Of a DNA stretch of 64,000 bases, positions 54,296 through 63,538 are shown piece by piece. The stretch lies in IMG/VR virus record IMGVR_UViG_3300033069_001465. One strand, given 5' to 3'. Under the pieces are notes generated by a model. It worked only from the letters and a program-made list of their open reading frames with translations. It was not told the DNA's origin and made no database searches. Origin of the DNA: a virus. Taxonomy: Duplodnaviria > Caudoviricetes. The translations under genes were made by a program, and so were the position numbers. Position 1 is the stretch's first letter. Each line of letters starts with the position of its first letter.

Positions 54296-57200
54296 ATGAA
54301 ATATTTAAAATATCATCAAGAATATAGAATGGAGAATCTTAAAACTGACTTTGAATCATCTACAATGATAAGCGAGGCATTTGAGAACGACATAACATGG
54401 GGTGGATCTTTATTAGGAAGGCTTATCAATTCAACATTAAGGAAGATGAAGATTGGATATAACTATACTAAAATAAATAACTTAGTCAAATTATTTAACC
54501 AAGAATTATATTCTTTATTAGAAGACTACTCTTTAAATGATGATGAAAAGAAAAAGCTAAACAACTTATCATATAGAATGTTGTTAGAAGAGATTTATAA
54601 AGAAGTTTCTAGTGAGAAAGATGTTAAAGAGAAATTAAAAATTCTTTTAGGTGATGCTTCAAATATCGGATTAGTAGATAATGTTATTTCACAAGTAGAA
54701 AAAGCTAATTTAGAAAACAAGGAGGTTCTTCTTGAAAAACTAAAGAAATTTAAAAATGATTTATTAGAAATTCAAAAAGGATTAGGAATAGATGGCGAAG
54801 GTGAAGGAGAGGGAGAAGAAAATGCGGATGATGCCAAATCTAATCCAGCAGTTATTTTTTATAACAATTCAAAATTATTATTACAATCAATTTGTAAAAT
54901 ACATAGAGATATTAAGAATAACACAGTTAAATTTGAAAAAGGTGTTAGTGATGAAATAAAAGTTGGTAATGAATATTCCTATACTAATAAAGAAGGAAAA
55001 ACTAATAGAGTTAAAGTTATATCATTAAATAATGTTATTAATATTGGTGATGATAAAGAATATTTAACTAAAGATGATGTTAAAAAGGAACCTATTAAAA
55101 AAGGATTAGTTTCAGTAGCTGTTATGGGATCAGACGGTAAATATACCGCATCTACTGTTGCAGTTGATCCATCTATGCTTAAAAAGACTACTGATAGTAA
55201 AACATCTACTTTTTTTGATGATAAGAAATATCAACAACAAAGAACTAATACATCACAAGAAATTCTAACTAAAATAGAACTAGCAAAGAAAGGACTTTCT
55301 GTATATACTGCCAAAAGAAATAAAGAAAGAGTTAATTTCTATAATAATGAAATTAAAACATACCAAGCAAAATTAGATAGAGTTAAAGGTAAAGAAGCTA
55401 CTAAAGTTCCAGGAAAGGTTTCAACTGAAACAAGACCTGATTATGATGTAACAGCAGATAAAAGAGCTAAAGAAGAAACTAAAAGAATGCATGGTCAGCC
55501 AATGACTACTGAATCTGTTATTAATGAGGAAGTTGATGCAAATCTTAGAGACCAAGAATCTCAAGCTAGATTTTCATGGAATAAAGTGGTTAATGCTTAT
55601 AATAAATCAGGAATTGCTAAATTTGTTCCATATATCGAATCAATAATTGATGTTAATGGTGCTGATAAATTAAAAGAATCTAAGAAAAAAATACTTGAAA
55701 TTGGTAGGCAAGTTGTAATAAACTATGATAATGTTGGTAAACCAATTTCTATGGATGAGCTAATATCTGAAGCTGAGGGAACCTCTGTATCAGATATTGC
55801 TAAGTCTATATCATTATTTGGTAGAGTTTTGTTAGCATTTTCTGAAGATATGGGACTTTTAGGTTCTTATGGCAATTCATATAAATCAGAAGGTGATGCT
55901 GGTGGTGCAGGAAATCATATTAAGTTATTCATCAATTCATTTAATAAAATAAAAGAGGTATACCCATCAATTAAAAAAGAATCAATTGTTAGAGATTATT
56001 CTTCTTTCATATTAATAAAAGAGGAAGCTGACGAAGCTCCTGATAATATTAAGCTTGATGAACCTAAACCTGATGAAGAACAACCAGCAGGACAGCCAGT
56101 AGAACCACAGAATACTGAAGTTCCAGATGAGAGTGATAATAGTGATCGTGTTAAAAAGTCTTGGTTCAAATTCTTTAAAAAAGATGAAGAAAAAGAATGG
56201 AAAGTAACCAAAGAGGATCAACAATTAAGAGATGATATTGAAAAGAAAGAAGGAACTGATATAAAATTATCGAATCCTGATGATGATCATATTATTAAAA
56301 TTGTAAACATTTTTGGAAGAGCATATAAATTATATGCAACTGACTATATTCCATCAGGTCGTCCTAATGGGAAGATATCATTAAAAACAATGAGAGAATA
56401 TGAACACATTGGCCAAGGTGAACCTAAGTGGAGTGCAGAAGGTACTCCTGGTTTTGGACCATGGGCGGCTAAACTTCCATATAATAAATGGCAAGATGGA
56501 ATAACTAAGATATTAGAAGATAAACAATTAAGAAGAATATTAGCTAATGCTAAGTTTGTTTCTGATGCTGAATCTAGCACAAACACTCCAATGAAATCAC
56601 CTGGATCAGGAAAAACATTACTTACATTTATAAATGACTTGTTAAATAATGATAATGGTACTTTTAAGAAGCATAGAGCTATTATATTTAAAAAATATTT
56701 TAATACTGAAGGAAGTGGTGGCGGAACAGCTCAACAAGGCAACTTACCAGATTCGCCTACTTTTGATCCAATTATTTCGAAGGATGATGAGGGTGCAGTA
56801 GACATGCCTTTTTTTAGTGAGCAATTTACTACTGGATTAAAAAACAAAAAAGGAAATATTATAAAGGTTGTATCTAAAGACGATAATGTCTATACTATTT
56901 ATCCTATTACTGCCGGAAGTGATAAAGATCCATATGTTTTATTCAGATATCAAGTGAGTAGTAAGAATAATCCTAAACAATCAATTGCTAGTGATTACGT
57001 CAGAAAGCAAACTGCCAAAACGGAAAATAAAGAGGTCTATAAAACAGATTATATTGAAGATGTGAGAAATAATGGTATTCCTTATTCAAATGATGTTAGG
57101 ATCAACATTGGATTTGCATCTACTAAAGGATTTCTAATTGGTGGTAAATTTCCATTTAAATCAATAAGTGTTGAGGATATTAAGAATAATAATTTTAATG

Positions 57201-57394
57201 GTATTAAAGATTATATCATGGAGATATCTGATATCTATTACCTAATTGTTCCAACACCAGAAAAGAATAAAAAAAGTGGTGATGTAAAGCAAAGAAACAA
57301 ATTAGTTGATGCTAGATTTACAATGACTAGAAATGATGTGGATTTAGATGGTAAGGTTAATAAAATAATAGCAGAATTTAAAAATAAGAAATGA
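54296..57394 (+). CDS. Large (1032 aa) hypothetical, probably internal virion protein, MKYLK start
   Basis: Late motif at 54261; several (I/L)xE sites (ISE, INE, IKE) at apparent domain boundaries. Confidence 0.8.
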   Translation: MKYLKYHQEYRMENLKTDFESSTMISEAFENDITWGGSLLGRLINSTLRKMKIGYNYTKINNLVKLFNQELYSLLEDYSLNDDEKKKLNNLSYRMLLEEIYKEVSSEKDVKEKLKILLGDASNIGLVDNVISQVEKANLENKEVLLEKLKKFKNDLLEIQKGLGIDGEGEGEGEENADDAKSNPAVIFYNNSKLLLQSICKIHRDIKNNTVKFEKGVSDEIKVGNEYSYTNKEGKTNRVKVISLNNVINIGDDKEYLTKDDVKKEPIKKGLVSVAVMGSDGKYTASTVAVDPSMLKKTTDSKTSTFFDDKKYQQQRTNTSQEILTKIELAKKGLSVYTAKRNKERVNFYNNEIKTYQAKLDRVKGKEATKVPGKVSTETRPDYDVTADKRAKEETKRMHGQPMTTESVINEEVDANLRDQESQARFSWNKVVNAYNKSGIAKFVPYIESIIDVNGADKLKESKKKILEIGRQVVINYDNVGKPISMDELISEAEGTSVSDIAKSISLFGRVLLAFSEDMGLLGSYGNSYKSEGDAGGAGNHIKLFINSFNKIKEVYPSIKKESIVRDYSSFILIKEEADEAPDNIKLDEPKPDEEQPAGQPVEPQNTEVPDESDNSDRVKKSWFKFFKKDEEKEWKVTKEDQQLRDDIEKKEGTDIKLSNPDDDHIIKIVNIFGRAYKLYATDYIPSGRPNGKISLKTMREYEHIGQGEPKWSAEGTPGFGPWAAKLPYNKWQDGITKILEDKQLRRILANAKFVSDAESSTNTPMKSPGSGKTLLTFINDLLNNDNGTFKKHRAIIFKKYFNTEGSGGGTAQQGNLPDSPTFDPIISKDDEGAVDMPFFSEQFTTGLKNKKGNIIKVVSKDDNVYTIYPITAGSDKDPYVLFRYQVSSKNNPKQSIASDYVRKQTAKTENKEVYKTDYIEDVRNNGIPYSNDVRINIGFASTKGFLIGGKFPFKSISVEDIKNNNFNGIKDYIMEISDIYYLIVPTPEKNKKSGDVKQRNKLVDARFTMTRNDVDLDGKVNKIIAEFKNKK

Positions 57395-57957
57395 TAAAGA
57401 AGTATAGTGATTTTGTAAGGGAAAAATTTAATGTTTACCAGAATGATCCAACTGAATTAGCATCTGATAAGAGCTATTTTAATGAATCGGAATCTGACAT
57501 TAAGGAATTTTTATCCAAGAAGACAACTATTGATAATATTTATAAGACGTATACAGATGAGAAAGATCTAATAAAAAAATTAGCTGCTCAAAAATTCATT
57601 CCTGTAAATACATTTGATAAAAAGAAAATAAAATTTACTAATCCACTTATTGGATTATATGCTTTATCTGCTGAAAAATCAAGAGAACTAAGATCTCTTG
57701 AAAATGAATTAGGTACTCAAACAGATACTTTGTCTCAAAGACAAAGTGCAATAGGTACAAACCCAGACGCAACTGACTCTCTACAAAATGATGTTGCATA
57801 TACTCAAGGGAAGATATCTGATATTAAATCAAGAATCACCAAATTAAAGAATGAGATAGTAACATTGGAGAGAAATACAAGGGACAAATTAAAACAAATG
57901 AAAGATGGTCTAGCTAATAACAAAAAAAAGTTAGATTATTTTATCAAAACCAAATAA
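57391..57957 (+). CDS. Coiled-coil protein, MIKKYSDFVRE tag
   Basis: 188 aa with a C-terminal coiled coil. Confidence 0.8.
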   Translation: MIKKYSDFVREKFNVYQNDPTELASDKSYFNESESDIKEFLSKKTTIDNIYKTYTDEKDLIKKLAAQKFIPVNTFDKKKIKFTNPLIGLYALSAEKSRELRSLENELGTQTDTLSQRQSAIGTNPDATDSLQNDVAYTQGKISDIKSRITKLKNEIVTLERNTRDKLKQMKDGLANNKKKLDYFIKTK

Positions 57958-58020
57958 GAAATAGAAAAAATCTGTTTTTTTATTTTTATATATAATGTAA
58001 CAAAAAATAAAATTTTTAAT

Positions 58021-61000
58021 ATGGCAATTCAAATTGGTAAATACAAAAGACCAGGTATCTTCATAGAAGAATACGATAATTCAATAATTACTAGCCCGAC
58101 TGTTGAGGGAATTAATACGTTGGTTGTTGGGTTTTCCAAGAAGGGACCAATTAATACCCCTGTTCGTTTAACAAATCTAAACGACTTAGATAGCATATTC
58201 GGATCTATTGACAGAGGATTAGAAAGAAAGGGATCTTTCTTTCACAGAACTATCGCTAAGATGTTAGAATCTACTCCGGTATACGCCCTTAATCTATTAG
58301 CAACTGATGACACACTTGACCAAATGGAATATAGATCATTATCAGCAGCTTCTGATAAAGCAAATGATGAATTATTAACTGATTCTTATAGAAAGTTCTT
58401 TAATACAACTGGTTTCTGGAAAAGAGATACTGATGCTTTTATTAACCTAGTAGGTACTACAAGTAACACTATTCTTAATTTAACTAACCTTTCAGATAGA
58501 CCTGTGAGTGTATTTATGTTTAAGACTAAGTTAACAGGGTTTGATAGAACCTTAATTGAATGGTATGGTACAGCAGAGAAAGTTCCACCATATTTAAACA
58601 CAAATGATTACGCATCTGAATACATGGTTGATGCTATTGTTGTAGGTGGTGATTGGTCTAATTATTCAGTTCTATCTGTTGATCCTAGATGGTCAAGATA
58701 CTTTGATTCAACTGGTCTTAAGAAATCAATGATAAGTGATTTTGCCAATGATAGAAACGTTAATTTGTTAGCATATTATGAAGGACTATCTTTAATTCCA
58801 TATTTTAGAGATGGTAATGGTAAAAATATATTTATTGAAAGTATTATAAACAGAGACACTGATAAAACTGGTGTATTCTGTGCATTTGATATTGACTCAT
58901 TTGAAACTGATTATCCAAAAGGTATGGTTGATTTAATTGGTAATAATTTAGTTGGCAGTGAAAACGCAACTATTGATTTCTTATCATATTATGATACTAT
59001 CAATGAAGTTACCGCATTTGGTGATGTTCCTCTTGATAAAACTGGTAATGTATGGGCTATTATTGGTACCTTCTCTTCTTTTAGAACATCAGGCACACCA
59101 GGTAGAACTGCATACTTCTCAGAGGGATATATTGACAGTGTTGAAACTGTTTTAGGAACATATTCAGCATCAAGTGTTAGTGTGAATGTAACATTCACTA
59201 CTGCCACTCCTTACGCTATAATTGGTGGAGCGGCTGTAGATGTTGATACAACGACAACAACATTTACTGTTGCAACATCAAGCTTTACTACTTTAGGAGC
59301 GACATATACATCAACATTGGTATTAAAGAATACTGGTATTATCGAATTGGTTAATGGATCAACTACAAATGTTAAACCATTAGTTGAAGCAACTGACCTT
59401 GTTCTTGGATATGCAACAACATACATATCTGCTGGTGGTGTATTTGGTACACCAACATGGACTGATGTTTGTACAAAATCTACTGGATTTAATGAATTAG
59501 CTCTTACTACTGATTATACTGTAGCAACAGCAAGTAACAGTGTAGTGATTACTTTCACTGATACCGCAGCTACACCAAGTTTAAGAAATTATGAGCAATA
59601 TAGAAGAATTAAATATTTTAACAATCTTGTTAGCTTATTAGATTCAGTAGCTAAAGCTAAAATGAGTATGATTGTTAATGGTAGTACATTAGAAAAACTA
59701 TCTTTAGCTGATGTGACAGTTTCAAATATTGTAACATCAACTACTTCTAATAAGTCATTTACACTATCTGGGCTTTCAACATACACAGATATTGTAACAG
59801 ATGGTCTTTTAGTGTTCTATACTGTAGATGATGAGTTTGTTGTTGGTACTGATACAATTGTTACAAAATCAACTGTAGCAACTACCGCAGAAGGTGTTGC
59901 TGGTAAATATTCTGACTTTTATTTAGATTACACAAATGGTACTATTAATAGTGGTGATTATTTCTACACTAATTTTATTACTGAAGGTGATGAATTTGAT
60001 GTTACTTTTGCAACATCTGGAGCAACTGCCTATGTTACCTTACAAACAACAACTGGAACTTCAACAAGTGGTTGGCCGTCAGTTGGTATGATTCAGTCAG
60101 GTGACTTACTAAGATTTCCAGATTCAGTATTAAACAAAGGAACTATAACCATAGCAACTGACTATACAAATCATGGTAATCCAGTTACAGGTGAATATAA
60201 ATTTGTAGTAAATGGGACTGTTGTTGATGAAACTTTACTTAGTGTAACAAGTGTTTACGCATTAAATTTAAAACACTATACTAAAATATATATTGACAGT
60301 TCTGATAATCTTCAGGTTGAATTTGTTGATGCTGCCGGTGATGCTCTTCCTTTAGATGCAGCAGATACACAACCTATTGACGAATTAGCAAATGCTAAAT
60401 TTGGATTTGATTTATTCTCTGATAAGCTAAATTACAAACAAACATTGGAACTAGTTTATCCAACTGGATATACTACATCTCCTAATAAAGTTCTCGTATC
60501 AGCATCAAGATACACCGAAGTAAAAGTTGGTGATTTCTTAGAAGCTTATGTAGATAATACATTATTAGAAACTGGTGAAGTTCCAAGAAAATTAACCAGA
60601 ATTTTAAGCAAGAAGTTCTACGCAGCTGATACAACTTTAGTTGAAATTTCCTGCGATGCTAGAATTGCGGTTTCAAATTATGGAACAGCACTTAGTCCAG
60701 ATTGGCAGACAACAAGATACACAACTATCGAAGATTATGTAACTACTTATAAGGCTATTACATTAGCTGGATTTAAAGTAAGACAAGCTTCAATTCCTGA
60801 TGGAACTGAAGATAGACAAACAGCTATTTTAAACCTTGTTGCTAAAGGAACACCAATGTTCAACGCTTTAGTAAACAAAGAAGCAATTGATTTTAGATAT
60901 GTTGTTGACTCATTTGGATTAGGATTAATTGAGGGGTCTAAACAACAATTAGTAGATATATGTGGTGATAGATTAGACTGTCTTGGATTCTTAAATATGC

Positions 61001-61794
61001 CTTCAATGAAACAGTTTAAGGCTTCATCTGACCCATCATTCACAAATAGTGATGGTGTATTAGACACATCATTTATCGCTAATGGTGGTGATCCTGAAGC
61101 AAATCCGTCATTCTACTACTCATTCGGTACTGGTAGAGGTACAACTTGTGTTGGATACTTCTTACCTTACTTGGTAATAAATGATAATAGCAGACCACTT
61201 GATTTACCACCAGCAATGTTCGCAGCAACTACATATTTGAGAAAACATAACTCAAATATAACATCAATAGTTCCTTGGACAATTGCAGCGGGTGTTAACA
61301 ATGGTAGAGTTACTGGATTCGATAATGTTGAAATGGATTTTACATTAACAGATATTGAGAATCTTAACTTAGCTCAAATGAACCCAATCGTTTACAAGAG
61401 AAATAGAGGATTTGTAATCGAAACTGAAAACACAGCTCAAACTCTTTATAAATCAGCTTTATCTTACATACACGTTAGAGAAGTGTTGATTGAACTTGAA
61501 AGAGAACTTTCTAGAATGTTACTAGATTTCCAATGGAGATTTAATACACCTGAAACTAGAGCTGAAATTAAGTTGAGAGCAGACGTTATTTGTGAAACAT
61601 ACGTTAGTAAGAATGGCTTATATAACTACTTCAACAAATGTGATGATGAAAATAACACAAATGACATCATAGATAATCAAATCGGTGTTCTTGACACATA
61701 CGTAGAACCAATTAAAGGTATGGGTATAATTGTTAATAACATTACAATCCTTAGAACAGGTGCTATTCAAAGTGGTGGTTTTATAATCCCATAA
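58021..61794 (+). CDS. gp18: Contractile tail sheath protein (T4 gp18-like) with a large central insertion
   Basis: RPGIFIEE.D.S, GFSKKGP.NTP, PW.IAAG...G, NPIV, VRE.LI, FN..ETR, CD.ENNT..IID and YVEP.K. Confidence 0.92.
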   Translation: MAIQIGKYKRPGIFIEEYDNSIITSPTVEGINTLVVGFSKKGPINTPVRLTNLNDLDSIFGSIDRGLERKGSFFHRTIAKMLESTPVYALNLLATDDTLDQMEYRSLSAASDKANDELLTDSYRKFFNTTGFWKRDTDAFINLVGTTSNTILNLTNLSDRPVSVFMFKTKLTGFDRTLIEWYGTAEKVPPYLNTNDYASEYMVDAIVVGGDWSNYSVLSVDPRWSRYFDSTGLKKSMISDFANDRNVNLLAYYEGLSLIPYFRDGNGKNIFIESIINRDTDKTGVFCAFDIDSFETDYPKGMVDLIGNNLVGSENATIDFLSYYDTINEVTAFGDVPLDKTGNVWAIIGTFSSFRTSGTPGRTAYFSEGYIDSVETVLGTYSASSVSVNVTFTTATPYAIIGGAAVDVDTTTTTFTVATSSFTTLGATYTSTLVLKNTGIIELVNGSTTNVKPLVEATDLVLGYATTYISAGGVFGTPTWTDVCTKSTGFNELALTTDYTVATASNSVVITFTDTAATPSLRNYEQYRRIKYFNNLVSLLDSVAKAKMSMIVNGSTLEKLSLADVTVSNIVTSTTSNKSFTLSGLSTYTDIVTDGLLVFYTVDDEFVVGTDTIVTKSTVATTAEGVAGKYSDFYLDYTNGTINSGDYFYTNFITEGDEFDVTFATSGATAYVTLQTTTGTSTSGWPSVGMIQSGDLLRFPDSVLNKGTITIATDYTNHGNPVTGEYKFVVNGTVVDETLLSVTSVYALNLKHYTKIYIDSSDNLQVEFVDAAGDALPLDAADTQPIDELANAKFGFDLFSDKLNYKQTLELVYPTGYTTSPNKVLVSASRYTEVKVGDFLEAYVDNTLLETGEVPRKLTRILSKKFYAADTTLVEISCDARIAVSNYGTALSPDWQTTRYTTIEDYVTTYKAITLAGFKVRQASIPDGTEDRQTAILNLVAKGTPMFNALVNKEAIDFRYVVDSFGLGLIEGSKQQLVDICGDRLDCLGFLNMPSMKQFKASSDPSFTNSDGVLDTSFIANGGDPEANPSFYYSFGTGRGTTCVGYFLPYLVINDNSRPLDLPPAMFAATTYLRKHNSNITSIVPWTIAAGVNNGRVTGFDNVEMDFTLTDIENLNLAQMNPIVYKRNRGFVIETENTAQTLYKSALSYIHVREVLIELERELSRMLLDFQWRFNTPETRAEIKLRADVICETYVSKNGLYNYFNKCDDENNTNDIIDNQIGVLDTYVEPIKGMGIIVNNITILRTGAIQSGGFIIP

Positions 61795-61808
61795 TAATTG
61801 AATAAAAT

Positions 61809-61843
61809 AAAAAAAGTCGAACAGAAATGTTCGACTTTTTTTT
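61809..61843 (+). terminator. Intrinsic terminator after the sheath gene
   Basis: A7-GTCGAACA-GAAA-TGTTCGAC-T8. Confidence 0.9.
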
Positions 61844-61887
61844 AAACATTTGTCCAAAAAAGTTATATAAAAATAAAATAAAAAATT

Positions 61888-62076
61888 ATGCCAACAATTA
61901 GTAGTGGAAACATGAGCGCGGAAGTATCTGAAAAAGTTGATCCAGTATGGGAAAATAAACAATATTTATTAAAGGTTATAATGGATCAATGTCAAATAAC
62001 AACAGAAGATTTAAATAATCAATCAATTGTTAGATCTAAAGTTAGAGAATCCAAAATTGAAAAAATTATTTCTTAA
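61888..62076 (+). CDS. Small protein with C-terminal RESKIEKII motif
   Basis: 62 aa; AAACAT-N16-TATAAA upstream. Confidence 0.75.
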   Translation: MPTISSGNMSAEVSEKVDPVWENKQYLLKVIMDQCQITTEDLNNQSIVRSKVRESKIEKIIS

Positions 62077-62090
62077 TTTTTTTGAGAAAT

Positions 62091-62125
62091 AAAAAAGTCG
62101 TATAGAAATATACGACTTTTTTTTT
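62091..62125 (+). terminator. Intrinsic terminator
   Basis: A6-GTCGTATA-GAAA-TATACGAC-T9. Confidence 0.9.
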
Positions 62126-62145
62126 ATCTTTTTTATATATAGGAT

Positions 62146-62730
62146 ATGAATATTCAGAAGATAAGATTAATTAAAAAGTATCATACAATTATCTCATTTA
62201 TTATCTTCTGTTCCACATTAATATATGGTATATTTAAAATTAATTTACCAATAACATCCGAAGCTCTTTCAAGATTTGGAACTTATAAAGAAACAAATTT
62301 TATATGGATATCATCATTATTACTGATAATTACATCCATATGTATAAATTCTACAACAATATCGGAATGGAATTTGAAGTATAAGAAATTAACAAGATTA
62401 TTATTTAATATAGCAATTTTTGGACTATTTAATGTTGCTTTCATTAATATGGACCACAATAAAACTTTACATAATATATCAGCTGGTATTTTTTTCTTAT
62501 TTTATACTATTTCAATATTCTTTACAGGTATTCAAATGATTAAAAATGATTTTAGAATAGCAATATCCTCGATATTAATATCAATATTAATGTTAATAAG
62601 TATAGTATTTCTATTACATAGAATACAATCTATTTCAGAGATATCATTTATAATATTAAGCTTCCTTTGGAATTTTATTATCATTTATTCAATTGAATTT
62701 AAAAAATTGTTGAAATTATTGGGATTTTAA
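62146..62730 (+). CDS. Multi-pass membrane protein (DUF998-like possible)
   Basis: About 6 TM segments; LS.FG and LHN.SA..FF. Confidence 0.7.
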   Translation: MNIQKIRLIKKYHTIISFIIFCSTLIYGIFKINLPITSEALSRFGTYKETNFIWISSLLLIITSICINSTTISEWNLKYKKLTRLLFNIAIFGLFNVAFINMDHNKTLHNISAGIFFLFYTISIFFTGIQMIKNDFRIAISSILISILMLISIVFLLHRIQSISEISFIILSFLWNFIIIYSIEFKKLLKLLGF

Positions 62731-62754
62731 TTCATTTTAATTATATATATCTAT

Positions 62755-63537
62755 ATGACAATAGATGTAAAACAATTTCTTGAAGAAAATCCAAATGTTA
62801 AAAAAGTTGTACTCAATCAGTTTTTTGGACTTGGTGATATACTCTTTATTGAGCCTATTTATAGATATCTACATGATTTAGGATTGGAAGTTATAGCTCC
62901 AATTCAAGATGGATACATATGGATACAAGAACATATTAATTATGTTCATTTTAAAAAAATGTCTGAATATAACATAGATTATGAAAGATTTGAACATGGA
63001 TTATTAATATTAAATGGTAATATTATTGAAGATACACTATACTTACCAACAAGATTTTCTGATCAAATATTTAGAGATTTAAGACCACATGACTCATCCG
63101 CTTCAAGATATTGGATGAGTGATAAATATAGAGTTTTAGGACTACCAGTTGAACAATGGGAAAGTATTAAATTTACAAGAAACTATGAAAGAGAAGAAAA
63201 ATTGAAACAACTTGTATTAAATGATATAACCGAATATGACTTTTATAATCCATTTTTTCAAAATAGCTTAAATGTAAATTTAGGACTAGATGAAATTGTT
63301 AAATGTGATTTACCTTTAATACAAATGAACAAAATAGATGATTATACTATGATAGATTGGTGTGGTATAATAGAGGGTGCTCGAAAGGTTAGTACCGTAT
63401 CAACTTCCTTACTATATATGATACAATCTATATATCAACCTGGAAAAGAATATCACTTATATCCAAGGTTACCAGAAAGATCCTTTTATACAGTAGAAGA
63501 CTTTCTACCAAGTTATTGGATAAAACACGAAATGTAA
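62755..63537 (+). CDS. Putative glycosyltransferase (GT-B/GT9-like)
   Basis: Q..GLGDILF..P and IE.A.....VSTS..Y. Confidence 0.55.
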   Translation: MTIDVKQFLEENPNVKKVVLNQFFGLGDILFIEPIYRYLHDLGLEVIAPIQDGYIWIQEHINYVHFKKMSEYNIDYERFEHGLLILNGNIIEDTLYLPTRFSDQIFRDLRPHDSSASRYWMSDKYRVLGLPVEQWESIKFTRNYEREEKLKQLVLNDITEYDFYNPFFQNSLNVNLGLDEIVKCDLPLIQMNKIDDYTMIDWCGIIEGARKVSTVSTSLLYMIQSIYQPGKEYHLYPRLPERSFYTVEDFLPSYWIKHEM

Positions 63538-63538
63538 T

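Noticed and set aside
1132-61962. Other short ORFs nested in or antisense to long genes (e.g. 1132, 1321, 5168, 7412, 8244, 9560, 11630, 14593, 21181, 24400, 26380, 33084, 36045, 47133, 53162, 58386-61962 series)
   Set aside because: They overlap well-supported genes and lack motifs or promoters; expected by chance.
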